From a virus: a DNA stretch of 18,567 nt. The first letter of the stretch is position 1. Every line of letters starts with the position of its first letter. The position numbers and the translations under genes are program-made. Location: the IMG/VR virus record IMGVR_UViG_3300018080_000759. One strand, written 5' to 3'. Below are positions 1 through 8,144 of the stretch, in pieces. The notes under the pieces are model-generated. The model was not told where the DNA came from and made no database searches. It saw only the letters and a list, made by a program, of their open reading frames with translations.

Positions 1-279
1 GGTGACCATGTCGAAGGCGAACGTAGTGCCTCCCATAGGCCAGCCACGTTTGTTCTCGAAGAACTTGTCGGCCACATCCTCCCTGGTCTCCCCGGGCCCC
101 AGGATCTCCCTGTACCACGTGGTACACCTGTAGGGTGGCCGGTCGCCTTCCTTCCAGCCTACCCGTTCTGCCATCTCTGCCCGCTTGGCGTAGTAGCAGT
201 CGTAGCACATGGGCGGCACAGTGTCCACGTCCTGACGGACTTCGCCCTCCTTCCCACAGGTTGAGCACTTACCCTTCAT
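1..279 (-). CDS. hypothetical Zn-ribbon protein; the 3' end is cut off by the window edge
   Basis: ATG at 279..277 is preceded by AAGGAGAGGA. The frame is open to position 1. It has CxxC...CxxC pairs (CSTCG..CYDC). The start overlaps the upstream gene stop by 11 nt. Confidence 0.5.
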   Translation of the reverse strand, partial: MKGKCSTCGKEGEVRQDVDTVPPMCYDCYYAKRAEMAERVGWKEGDRPPYRCTTWYREILGPGETREDVADKFFENKRGWPMGGTTFAFDMVT

Positions 280-661
280 CGTCCTCTCCTTCAGGCATCA
301 TGGACTTGACCTTCTCGAAGGCTTCGGTGTCGATGAAACACATTGGGATCATCTTCCCGTCCTTCTCGAGTGGTACGTTGAAGATCTCCTGGGCCACTCT
401 GAATCTCATGTGCATGACGCGCCCGGTTCGCTTGGGTTCGTGGACCTTGGCTGTGGCACTGTGACCCTTGTCACTCCCCTCTACCAGAGCAAGGTAGCCT
501 TGGTCGTAGAGACTCTTGCACTTGTGGCAGAGGTCGTACCCGGTTACGGTGGTCATGTCGAGGACCTGGCGCAGACGCCTGTGCAGCAATATCGCTTCGG
601 TCTTCCACTCCTTGCCACAGACGGGGCACACCTTGGCTTCCATGCTGACATGAGACTTCAT
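269..661 (-). CDS. hypothetical protein, 130 aa, CPVC...CHKC zinc-ribbon-like
   Basis: ORF track. ATG 661..659 overlaps the TGA of the upstream gene (ATGA coupling). Composition is protein-like. Confidence 0.6.
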   Translation of the reverse strand: MKSHVSMEAKVCPVCGKEWKTEAILLHRRLRQVLDMTTVTGYDLCHKCKSLYDQGYLALVEGSDKGHSATAKVHEPKRTGRVMHMRFRVAQEIFNVPLEKDGKMIPMCFIDTEAFEKVKSMMPEGEDDEG

Positions 662-903
662 GGTCCTTCCTCGTAGTAGCCGCCGTCCGGATTGGGTGGG
701 TCGAACAGCTCGAACGGGTTCCCTTCCACCATGATGGCGAACGGGGTCATGGTACGTTCGTCGCCGTCCTTGCCCACTGCCACGATGGCAGCTACCTTCT
801 TGCCATCCGACCGGCGCCGCACGTCCAGCAAAGCGGCATTCCCATCCAGGAATGCCTGCTTGATCGTCTCAAAGTTCTTCTTGTCCCACTCTTCCAGTGG
901 CAT
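658..903 (-). CDS. hypothetical protein, 82 aa (MPLEEWDKKNF...)
   Basis: Internal ATG at 903..901 forms an ATGA overlap with the ligase stop. The N-terminal Arg-rich part of the 119-aa ORF belongs to the ligase's alternate frame. Confidence 0.55.
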   Translation of the reverse strand: MPLEEWDKKNFETIKQAFLDGNAALLDVRRRSDGKKVAAIVAVGKDGDERTMTPFAIMVEGNPFELFDPPNPDGGYYEEGP

Positions 904-1979
904 CAGTCGGCCCTCAATCCGAGCCCGACCGGGAACTGCGGGATACCGTCCTCGGTCAGCTCGAAGTACTTCACCGTCAGGTACTCGCCGACGTGGGCCT
1001 TGGCCTCGGCCAGCCACTGGCGCTTCTCGGCGAGCGTGCCCTTGGGCACCACCTTGAACTCACGCCCGTCGGGCGTACGGCAGATCCAGATCACGCAGTC
1101 CTCGAACTTCCCGACGCCGTTCTCGTACCCGACGATGAGGTACTCGGCATCTTGGAAGTTCTTGACCTTGAGCAGGGCCCTGGACCTGTGGCCCAGCTCG
1201 TAGACCCCGTCCAGCAGGCGGACGATGCCGCCCTCGTATCCACTCTCGACGTAGCGGCCCTGAGCGACCAACACCTCGCGCTCGCTCTGTACGAGCTGGT
1301 CTTCCACGCGAATGATGTGATCGGCCGCTCTGCCGCGGAGCGTCTCGACGAGCAGTTCGCTGCGCTTCTCCCAGGGCATGTCCGTCTTGTCCACCTCGAA
1401 CAGGTCGTAGACCCAGAGCTGGAGCTTGTCGGTCTGACCCTCGCGGTACTTCTTGACCAGGCGCGTGACCTGCTGGAACGTAGTCCCATGCAGGTAGATC
1501 TCGCCGTCGAGTACGAGGTCCGTTGGCAGGAAGGTGGCGATCTCCCGCTTCAAATGCGGGATGTCGTACTCCTTGCCGCCCCTGCTCATGAGCCGGATCG
1601 AGCTGCCTTCCCAGTGGGCGAGACACCGCACCCCGTTCAGCTTCGGCTGGATCGCAACGGGGTACTCGATCTTCTTCACCTTGTCGAAGGGGTGGGCGAG
1701 CATCGGCAAGAACACAGGGAGAGAAGCCTTCTCCGATGTGGTGCTGTACTTGAGGTCCAGCTTCTTCTTGTGCATGGCCTTGGCTTCCTTGACCGCCTGG
1801 TCCTGCGGGCTGACCTCGTTGGCCTTGCCCACGTTCTTGGCCTTGCACTTCTTCTTGGTGGTCTGCTGCTTGCCGCCCACCTGCCCGTATGTGGTGTGGA
1901 TGGCGTCGCCCTTGACTTCCAGCTGCCACTGGTACAGGGCTCCGCCCTTGCCCTTGTGGTAGAGAATCGGGAACTTCAT
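903..1979 (-). CDS. ATP-dependent DNA ligase (nucleotidyltransferase + OB domain), 358 aa
   Basis: Motif I KLNGVR, motif III LDGEIY, motif IV EGGIVR and motif V ALLKVK are in canonical order. ATG 1979..1977 is preceded by AGAGGAG. The N-terminal 28 aa of the track ORF are a spurious extension. Confidence 0.8.
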   Translation of the reverse strand: MKFPILYHKGKGGALYQWQLEVKGDAIHTTYGQVGGKQQTTKKKCKAKNVGKANEVSPQDQAVKEAKAMHKKKLDLKYSTTSEKASLPVFLPMLAHPFDKVKKIEYPVAIQPKLNGVRCLAHWEGSSIRLMSRGGKEYDIPHLKREIATFLPTDLVLDGEIYLHGTTFQQVTRLVKKYREGQTDKLQLWVYDLFEVDKTDMPWEKRSELLVETLRGRAADHIIRVEDQLVQSEREVLVAQGRYVESGYEGGIVRLLDGVYELGHRSRALLKVKNFQDAEYLIVGYENGVGKFEDCVIWICRTPDGREFKVVPKGTLAEKRQWLAEAKAHVGEYLTVKYFELTEDGIPQFPVGLGLRAD

Positions 1980-2155
1980 TGGTTCTCCTCTACAGTTGCC
2001 TTCCAGTCTTCCACGATGCTCATCAGGCGTGGATCGTCGAACAACCCGTTGCGTTCCACGCACCGAGCGACGTTCAGCCGAAGCTGGATCCCCATATCCT
2101 CCGGGATCGTGTCCTTATCGAAGGCCACCTTGATGGTGATGGTATAGTGCTTCAT
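1976..2155 (-). CDS. small hypothetical protein, 59 aa (MKHYTITIKVAFDKD...), not in the ORF track
   Basis: ATG 2155..2153 lies 3 nt after the upstream TGA. Its own TGA overlaps the ligase ATG (ATGA). Composition is protein-like. Confidence 0.4.
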   Translation of the reverse strand: MKHYTITIKVAFDKDTIPEDMGIQLRLNVARCVERNGLFDDPRLMSIVEDWKATVEENQ

Positions 2156-2158
2156 TCC

Positions 2159-2485
2159 TCAGAATTCCAAGAGCAACTGCTTGGCTTCCTTCACCTTCAC
2201 GGTGTGCTTCTGGTGACACTCCCAGCAGACCCAGCCTCGGCCCCACTTCTTATAGGCTACCTGCCCGCACTTGCAGAGCTTCTCCTTGGGCTTGCGGTTG
2301 ATCCGAGCGTACTCGGAGCAGAGCATGCTCCTCAGCTGGGCCTCGGTGTACTCGTTGGGGTGGTCGAGCCAGTACTGGTGAGCTGCCTTGCAGACCCAAC
2401 GCATGAAGTGTACGCCCTCTTCCTTGTGGGCGTAGTATTGCTCACGGATCCAGCTGACCAGACGGTCCAGTTGGTCCCTCTTCAT
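2159..2485 (-). CDS. hypothetical protein with a C-terminal CxxC...CxxC zinc ribbon, 108 aa
   Basis: ATG 2485..2483 is preceded by GGAGG with a 6-nt spacer. The track start at 2512 is a GTG with no spacer to its RBS. Confidence 0.55.
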   Translation of the reverse strand: MKRDQLDRLVSWIREQYYAHKEEGVHFMRWVCKAAHQYWLDHPNEYTEAQLRSMLCSEYARINRKPKEKLCKCGQVAYKKWGRGWVCWECHQKHTVKVKEAKQLLLEF

Positions 2486-3068
2486 GCCCGGCCTCCAATC
2501 GGTTCTTGGCACCCTCCTCGTGCCGGTGCTCGGCGAGCCAGCTCAGGTTATGCTGTTCCTTGGTAGGTTTGGCATCCTTGAGCAGGTCCCAGACCTTGAT
2601 CCCTTCCACGGGCCTCAGGTCCCACACGTCCAGGCCCACGTTCACGCACGTCCCGATCTGCTTGAACAGGTCGTGCATGTGACCACAGATCCAGAAGCTC
2701 TCGGGGTCCATGGTCACGGCTGATGGGTCGTGCACCAAGTTCACGCAGTACCCGAAGTTGAGTGGGATCCAGGTGTGCACCGAGAGAATGCCCAGCTCCA
2801 CGTAGTCGAAGGGCTTGAGCTTGTCGTGGTTGCCCAGGATCAGGTGCTTCCTGCCGTTCAGCTGGCGAATGATCCGCTCCACGTTGCCCTTGTTCTGCGG
2901 GCCCCACATGCAGAGGTCGCCGACGATGTACACCTCGTCGTCCCTACCCACCACATCGTTGTAGCGAGCCATGACCTCCTTGTCGTGCTTGTGGGCTGTC
3001 CTGAACCCTCTTAGCTGGGCCACCATATCGTGGCCGAAGTGCTGATCTGCTGTTAACCAGACAGTCAC
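2442..3068 (-). CDS. calcineurin-like metallophosphoesterase, 208 aa
   Basis: Metallophosphatase signature motifs are present: D-x-H (TADQHFGH), GD (IVGDL), GNHD (ILGNHD) and a later GH (ICGHMHD). The GTG start at 3068 is preceded by GGAGG and forms a GTGA overlap with the upstream stop. Confidence 0.8.
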   Translation of the reverse strand: MTVWLTADQHFGHDMVAQLRGFRTAHKHDKEVMARYNDVVGRDDEVYIVGDLCMWGPQNKGNVERIIRQLNGRKHLILGNHDKLKPFDYVELGILSVHTWIPLNFGYCVNLVHDPSAVTMDPESFWICGHMHDLFKQIGTCVNVGLDVWDLRPVEGIKVWDLLKDAKPTKEQHNLSWLAEHRHEEGAKNRLEAGHEEGPTGPSGQLDP

Positions 3069-3265
3069 GCATCCTCCCCTTCTATGGTGATCTCCACCGT
3101 CGCTGAGCTCAGGTCACCGCCATCCAAGTGGTAGATGGTGGAGACGCTGCCCTTGTTCAGGGCGTTGACCAAGCGAGAGTTACCCGTGGCTTTCAGCTGA
3201 TCCACGATCATGGTGGTCACCTCGTGGCGCTCCAGCGTGATCTTGATGGTCTGTTCCTGTTCCAT
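3065..3265 (-). CDS. small hypothetical protein, 66 aa (MEQEQTIKITLERHEV...)
   Basis: Internal ATG 3265..3263 lies 1 nt after the upstream TGA. The first 33 aa of the track ORF overlap the upstream gene in another frame. Confidence 0.45.
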   Translation of the reverse strand: MEQEQTIKITLERHEVTTMIVDQLKATGNSRLVNALNKGSVSTIYHLDGGDLSSATVEITIEGEDA

Positions 3266-3266
3266 G

Positions 3267-3797
3267 TCAGTCCACTTCAAACTGCCGGACCACTTCCTTA
3301 GGCTGGGGTACGATGATCCGACCCTTGATGATGAGCATGTTGTCCCCATCCACGAAGTACTCACCCTCCTCGGGATCGCCCACGAACAGGTCCTTGCCCT
3401 CGAGTCGCTCGTCCGCGCTCTCTTCCTGGTCGCGCTTGAACTCCTCGATCTCCTTGAGCAGGGCGTCCTTGGTCAGGTGGACGCGCATGCAGGCACCGTC
3501 CTCCGAGTAGGTGAAGGTGAAGTACACGTCCTGCTTCTGGAGCTGGGACTTCGTGGGCTTCTCCTCCGGTGTCGTCTGGTCGAAGGGCATATGTATGTCT
3601 CCCCTGAAGATGATGGCGGTGCCACCGTCCATCTCGAAGTCCTGTATGGAGCTGACCAGGTTGACGCGTGGCGGGAACTCACCGCGTGTGTTGCCCAGCT
3701 GCCACCTGTCCAACCACCTGTAGAGCTCACCCTCATCTTCGTACTCCGCAATGGTGGTCTCGCCATCATGCTGGCTATGCAGGACGTAGAACTTCAT
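3267..3797 (-). CDS. hypothetical protein, 176 aa (MKFYVLHSQHDGETT...)
   Basis: The real-looking portion of the 487-aa track ORF. The upstream Arg/Gly/Pro-rich part is the alternate frame of the 365-aa gene. ATG is at 3797..3795. Confidence 0.6.
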   Translation of the reverse strand: MKFYVLHSQHDGETTIAEYEDEGELYRWLDRWQLGNTRGEFPPRVNLVSSIQDFEMDGGTAIIFRGDIHMPFDQTTPEEKPTKSQLQKQDVYFTFTYSEDGACMRVHLTKDALLKEIEEFKRDQEESADERLEGKDLFVGDPEEGEYFVDGDNMLIIKGRIIVPQPKEVVRQFEVD

Positions 3798-3865
3798 GAG
3801 CTGGAATCCCAAATGTCGCTGACATACAGGTGTAGTTTGAGAAGGTCTATACAGGCCTTCCCCAA

Positions 3866-3908
3866 GGCAAAACGAAGAGCCCGGGCAGGATCGCTCCCGC
3901 CCGGGCCC
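3866..3908 (-). terminator. putative intrinsic terminator after the 365-aa gene
   Basis: GC-rich hairpin gagcccgggcagg/cccgcccgggc (~11 bp stem, 6-nt loop) at 3877-3908. On the minus strand it is followed by TCTTCGTTTTG. Confidence 0.45.
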
Positions 3909-3934
3909 TGTGTCCGGGGAAGGTAGCCCGGCCC

Positions 3935-5032
3935 CTACGCGGCGACGCCGACCAGGAGAGGCCGCTCGAGCTGCATGTACTTGCCGGCGGCTTCCTCCAT
4001 CTTGAGGCGGGCGTCGGGGTTGTCCGACAGCGTCTGCGCGCACTCGGTCAGGGAGTTGATGATGTCCCACCGGGTGGCGCCCGTGTACTTCTCCGTGAGG
4101 AGGTTGAATACGTGGTTGCGGTGCATGCCGGGCAGGCCGTACTTGGCCCAGACGGCGCGAGCTTCCTCGAACGGGTCGAGGAGCTTGTCGTCCCGCATGG
4201 AGACCATCTTGCCGAAGATGGCGTCCTGCTTCATGACGGCCGAGTGGCACTGCTCCCGGATGGTCTGCTTGAACTTCGGGATGTCGATGTCCCCACGGTG
4301 CTGCTGGCTGATGAGGCGCTTGCCGTCCATCAGCGTGATCAGGCCGTTCGTGCAGACGAGCCGGAACGTCATGATGTCCCAGGTGATCGCCCGGTTCCCG
4401 GTCTCGCTGTTCGCGAGGTGGAAGCCGAGATGCACGGGGTCCGGCGACTGCTTGGTTCCCATGTTCACCTGGTCGCTGAGAATCGCCTTGATGTGCATGC
4501 TGTGGTCCGGCATGTCGAACCGCCACACGCGCAGGTTGGCCTCCTCCGCGATCTCCTGGGCCACGGCCAGCAGGTCCGTGTTGTCCATGCGCCCGTAGCT
4601 GCCGGACAGGACCGCCCGCGCGTAGTCCTGGCCGTTCTCGCGGTTGACCCGGGCCCGGATGAGCAGGTCGTTGTCGGCGATGGTGCCCTTCCAGTAGTTG
4701 ATCTGCTCCTTCGCGAGCTTGGCCGGGCACTTCATGAGGTACTTGTGCGGGATGCCGAGCTGGGTCTGGACGAACTGCTTGAAGGAGTTCAGGCAGAAGT
4801 CCAGCCGGATCCGCCCGCCGCCGTCAGGGTTCGGCACGCTGATCTGCGTGTGAAGGCTCGCCTTGTCCTTCTTGCCCTCCTCGTCTTCGACGTCGAACTC
4901 CTTGATGTCCCTTGCGAGGAACGTCACGTCGCCGGCCTTGACGTAGATGTCCTTCTTGTCCTTGTCGTTCTCTCGGCTCTTCTCCAGCACGTCCCCGAAC
5001 GTCAGGAGATCGTTCATTGCCAGGTCTGCCAT
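3935..5032 (-). CDS. hypothetical protein, 365 aa; possibly a phage/plasmid-like DUF932-type protein (unverified)
   Basis: Strong RBS AAGGAGG 9 nt before ATG 5032..5030. Composition is protein-like throughout. No recognisable catalytic motif. Confidence 0.65.
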   Translation of the reverse strand: MADLAMNDLLTFGDVLEKSRENDKDKKDIYVKAGDVTFLARDIKEFDVEDEEGKKDKASLHTQISVPNPDGGGRIRLDFCLNSFKQFVQTQLGIPHKYLMKCPAKLAKEQINYWKGTIADNDLLIRARVNRENGQDYARAVLSGSYGRMDNTDLLAVAQEIAEEANLRVWRFDMPDHSMHIKAILSDQVNMGTKQSPDPVHLGFHLANSETGNRAITWDIMTFRLVCTNGLITLMDGKRLISQQHRGDIDIPKFKQTIREQCHSAVMKQDAIFGKMVSMRDDKLLDPFEEARAVWAKYGLPGMHRNHVFNLLTEKYTGATRWDIINSLTECAQTLSDNPDARLKMEEAAGKYMQLERPLLVGVAA

Positions 5033-6599
5033 TGATCATTCCCTCCTTAGTTAGCAGCTCCGTATACTTCTCCGGCAGCACGACTCCAACTTCGTGCATG
5101 TGGAGAAGACGCCGCAAGCTGTGCCGCTTCAGCAGCCTATGTCCATGGTCGAAGAAGTCTATTACCGTCGCGATGTCCTTACGTGAACCATCCGCGTGGA
5201 AACCTCTCCGCTGACCTCGGCCGAGACGCTGGAAGACCTTGCCTTTGGCCTTCTTGCCGCCGGCAAACGCGACGACGTCAAGGGTGGGGAAGTCTACGCC
5301 TTCATCGTAGATCGTGGTGCCGACCAGCACCTGGAACTTCCTGTCCTTGAAGTCGAGCCGGGCGGCCGTTCGTTCTTCACGGTTCACAGCACCGTGCATG
5401 AACCTCGCGTCCAAACCCGCCGATATCAACAGGTTGCATATAGTTTGACCGTGACCTGTCTCCTCTGTCAAGACCAATATGGTCTTGCCTGCTTCTGCGT
5501 GCTTCTTCACTGCCTCAACCAGCTTCTCGGCTCGGTTAAGGGAGTGGAGGATGGCGCGTTCGTACACGCGTCTCCAGCTGAAGCTCGGATGCAGGTCCTG
5601 CTTGCACTCGACGATCTCGGCGTGCAGCTGAGCGGAGAAGCCGTGCTCCACCATGAACTTGTTGTCAATCCTCTGGACCGTGCCGCCGAACGCGGCATCG
5701 AGGATGATGTTCTCGTCGTGCCGGTTCCTGAAGTCTGTACCGGTCATCGAGTAGATGGCGTACGGGTTGATCTTGGTGAGCACGGTGTAGTGAATCCTGC
5801 TCGCCGCGTGGTGGCCCTCGTCGACGAAGATCTGGTCGAAGCCGTACTTGACAAGCTCCTTAATGCGCGTATGTGCTGAGTTCACTATCGCAATGGTAAT
5901 GGGTTTGAGCTTGAACTTGCCGGCCCCGACCAGACCCACGTCGTAGTGAAGGTGATCCCTCACGGCGTCGGCGATCTGGAAGAGCAGCTCCTGCTTCTGG
6001 ACAAGGATAAGTGTGCGGATCTTCTTCTCGGCGATGATCCGCAGCATGATCCCGGTCTTGCCTGCGTTCGTGGCGAGAGCAAAGGCCCCGCAACGGCAGT
6101 GCTTGGCGATCTCGACGGCTCTCTCCTGATACTCCCGGGGTTCGTGGTCGAGCTCGTCGAACTTCACCTTGAGGGTGGGCTTGGGTACCTTCCTCTGGTC
6201 GACCAGCTTGTACCTGAGACCGACCTTGCGGAACAGCCTGAGCACTCGCTTGAGGAGGGTGGTGGGGAAGGTCTTCTTGAGGGTGTCGTAGAGGTAGACC
6301 GTATTGGCCTCGCGTTTGGCCTCGGCGTAGCGCATCTTGGCTGCGCCTACGCGCACGTTGTACCCACCGGAGCGGTCGAGCTCCTCGGCGTTCGCCTTCA
6401 GCTTCTCCAGCTCGCGTTCCACGACCTGTCCCCACGCTCCCGTGCGCAGGAACTTGGCCACGACCGCGTTCTGGTAGCTCAGGGCATTGCGAAGCTTGTC
6501 GGTCGGAGCGTCGCCCTCGACCCGACACTCCGAGTTGCCGACGTAGATCGTCGCGAACCCTGAGCTGACGCTCTTCACGTCCTCTACGAATACTGCCAC
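4824..6599 (-). CDS. superfamily-2 DNA helicase (DEAH/ResIII-like); C-terminal boundary uncertain
   Basis: Walker A ATNAGKTG, motif II DEGHH, motif III SMTGT and motif VI QRLGRGQR are present. The proposed GTG start at 6599 follows GGAG and forms a TAGTG overlap with the upstream stop. The frame has no stop until 4824, so it runs 209 nt into the downstream gene as an Arg/Gly-rich tail. Confidence 0.7.
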   Translation of the reverse strand: MAVFVEDVKSVSSGFATIYVGNSECRVEGDAPTDKLRNALSYQNAVVAKFLRTGAWGQVVERELEKLKANAEELDRSGGYNVRVGAAKMRYAEAKREANTVYLYDTLKKTFPTTLLKRVLRLFRKVGLRYKLVDQRKVPKPTLKVKFDELDHEPREYQERAVEIAKHCRCGAFALATNAGKTGIMLRIIAEKKIRTLILVQKQELLFQIADAVRDHLHYDVGLVGAGKFKLKPITIAIVNSAHTRIKELVKYGFDQIFVDEGHHAASRIHYTVLTKINPYAIYSMTGTDFRNRHDENIILDAAFGGTVQRIDNKFMVEHGFSAQLHAEIVECKQDLHPSFSWRRVYERAILHSLNRAEKLVEAVKKHAEAGKTILVLTEETGHGQTICNLLISAGLDARFMHGAVNREERTAARLDFKDRKFQVLVGTTIYDEGVDFPTLDVVAFAGGKKAKGKVFQRLGRGQRRGFHADGSRKDIATVIDFFDHGHRLLKRHSLRRLLHMHEVGVVLPEKYTELLTKEGMINGRPGNERSPDVRGRAGEEPRERQGQEGHLRQGRRRDVPRKGHQGVRRRRRGGQEGQGEPSHADQRAEP

Positions 6600-6820
6600 T
6601 ATTCTGGCTCCTTGATCTGGTACTTGAACTTGTCGTTCGTGCCCATGAATCTGTTCTTGAGCACGAGGCCCTTGTAGATGACGATCGCTGAGCTGTAGAA
6701 GTGCTTGATGGGAATGCGGAAGCAACAGTCCGGACGGCGCTCGATCTCCTCCAGTTCGGTGTTCGGGTCCCGAAGGTCCCTCTCGTCGAGCATCAGGACC
6801 TGGTAGTGTCCGATCTTCAT
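6599..6820 (-). CDS. hypothetical protein, 73 aa (MKIGHYQVLMLDERDL...)
   Basis: ATG 6820..6818 with GGTGGAG upstream. Tightly coupled to both neighbours. Confidence 0.55.
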   Translation of the reverse strand: MKIGHYQVLMLDERDLRDPNTELEEIERRPDCCFRIPIKHFYSSAIVIYKGLVLKNRFMGTNDKFKYQIKEPE

Positions 6821-6821
6821 G

Positions 6822-7043
6822 TCACTCCACCAGCTTGTACTCGTTGAACTTCAGCAGCACGTACAGGCACTCTCTCCTGAGCCGCCCGTCGCCCCAGCGG
6901 AACCTGACGATGGGTCCTGGACACTTCTGGTGCTGGTCGCACGCGCGCAGGATCGTGAGCTGCTCGACGATGGTACCCACGATGTTGCCATCCTTGTCGG
7001 CCAGCTTCTTCCCTTCCAGTATGATGGACTGTTCGTCGCTCAT
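6822..7043 (-). CDS. hypothetical protein, 73 aa (MSDEQSIILEGKKLADKDG...)
   Basis: ATG 7043..7041 forms an ATGA overlap with the uracil-DNA glycosylase (UDG) stop. The upstream portion of the track ORF is Arg/Pro-rich alternate-frame sequence. Confidence 0.5.
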   Translation of the reverse strand: MSDEQSIILEGKKLADKDGNIVGTIVEQLTILRACDQHQKCPGPIVRFRWGDGRLRRECLYVLLKFNEYKLVE

Positions 7044-7864
7044 TGCCCGCTCCAGAACTCGTTGTCGTACGGCAGCTCGAGTATCCTCTTTGCCTCCTGC
7101 AACCCGTCCCAGATGAGCTGGCCGTAGTCCATAGGTTGCCGCTGTTCCTTGGGCACATGCTTCTGTCTGAGGAACGCGGCAGGATGTGGAACGCAGACGA
7201 CAGGGAAGTGGGTGTACCAGTGGACCCGGCCCAGCACTTCCTTGAGCTTCTGCACGGGGAGACCCGTAAGCCACCGGGCTGCGAACTTGCCGGTCGCGAC
7301 GATGACCTTGGGCGATACCAGGTTGATCTGGCGATGGAGGAAGTGGTGGCAGGCGTGGACCTCCTCGGGCTTGGGGTCCCTGTTGTTCGGCGGCCTGCAC
7401 TTGAGGCAATTGCCGATGAAGATTCTGTGCCTCGGCCAGCCCATGTGCTTGGCAAGGATCTCGTCGAAGAGCTCCTGTCCGGCCCGACCAACGAAGGGCT
7501 TGCCGGACGCGTCCTCGTCCTTGCCTGGTGCTTCACCGACGATCATGACCTCCGCACGCAGCGGGCCTTCACCCGGCACGGTCTTGGTCCGTGTCTGATG
7601 CAGCTCGCAGTTCCTGCACATGGAGATCTCCTCGACGATCTTCTTGTAGACCTGCTCCTTGGACCAGTATCGCATCACGCATGGGTCTCGAAGCCAGTCC
7701 GTCAGCTGCGGGTCCACCTGCTCGTTGTTCAGCCGCTTAACACCACTGATGTGGCCCATCCAGTAGACTTCGAACGGTGAGGGTACACCGGCCTCCATGC
7801 GCTGCTCGCGATAGTACTTGAGGTAGCGCTCCCAGTCTTGGAGAAGCTCTTCTGCGGAGGGCAT
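7040..7864 (-). CDS. family-4 uracil-DNA glycosylase (4Fe-4S type) with an N-terminal extension
   Basis: CxxCxL (CRNCELHQ), GEAPGKDEDASGKPFVGRAG and a C-terminal HPA motif are present. ATG 7864..7862 is preceded by GAGGAA. The alternative GTG start at 7939 would read through a perfect 17-nt palindrome. Confidence 0.75.
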   Translation of the reverse strand: MPSAEELLQDWERYLKYYREQRMEAGVPSPFEVYWMGHISGVKRLNNEQVDPQLTDWLRDPCVMRYWSKEQVYKKIVEEISMCRNCELHQTRTKTVPGEGPLRAEVMIVGEAPGKDEDASGKPFVGRAGQELFDEILAKHMGWPRHRIFIGNCLKCRPPNNRDPKPEEVHACHHFLHRQINLVSPKVIVATGKFAARWLTGLPVQKLKEVLGRVHWYTHFPVVCVPHPAAFLRQKHVPKEQRQPMDYGQLIWDGLQEAKRILELPYDNEFWSGQ

Positions 7865-7914
7865 GTCGTTCCTCGAATGGAGACTATCAGGCAAGTGAAT
7901 CCCTGTCCGGAGAT

Positions 7915-7931
7915 CCCGGAGGTCCTCCGGG
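7915..7931. promoter_or_regulatory. perfect palindrome CCCGGAGG-T-CCTCCGGG upstream of the UDG gene; candidate operator
   Basis: 8-bp arms. An adjacent direct CCGGAG repeat lies at 7906-7911 and 7916-7921. It sits 50-70 nt upstream of the ATG at 7864. Confidence 0.35.
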
Positions 7932-8071
7932 CTCTGCACTCATTGATCCCCTATTCAGGCCGGATTCCTCTGAGGGCGCTTCCCTACGTCCGAAGACGGT
8001 CATTGGGCGCGGCGTCAGTGGTCACGGGCCGGCGCATGGGGACGCGCCAGTGCTGAGCCGGAGGGTCCGGG

Positions 8072-8111
8072 ATAGAGACAAAGGGAAGGGGAACCCCTTA
8101 CGGGGCTCCCC
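8072..8111 (-). terminator. terminator-like hairpin downstream of the MVP gene
   Basis: GGGGAGCCCCGTAAGGGGTTCCCC forms imperfect nested stems. On the minus strand it is followed by the pyrimidine tract TTCCCTTTGTCTCT. Confidence 0.35.
8077..8094. repeat. intergenic motif gacaaagggaagggGAAC, copy 1
   Basis: A 14-nt identical core is shared with 17969-17982. Both copies sit just downstream of minus-strand stops in non-coding DNA. Confidence 0.5.
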
Positions 8112-8144
8112 TACCCCATTCCACAAACCCTGCGTCTCAGGGTA

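Noticed and set aside
897-2147. 416-aa plus-strand ORF
   Set aside because: It is antisense to the DNA ligase and has low-complexity Leu/Val/Asp/Gly composition. It lacks an RBS and is typical of open antisense frames in GC-rich DNA.
3267-4730. 487-aa minus ORF treated as a single gene
   Set aside because: Only the last 176 aa, from ATG 3797, look like protein. The upstream part is the Arg/Gly/Pro-rich alternate frame of the 365-aa gene.
7865-7939. GTG 7939 as the UDG start
   Set aside because: Using it would translate through a perfect 17-nt palindrome that looks regulatory. ATG 7864 with a GAGGAA RBS is preferred. This is not fully excluded.
7838-8056. 72-aa plus-strand ORF in the UDG-MVP intergenic region
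   Set aside because: It starts with TTG and has no RBS. It overlaps the UDG N-terminus and palindrome antisense, and its composition is junk-like.
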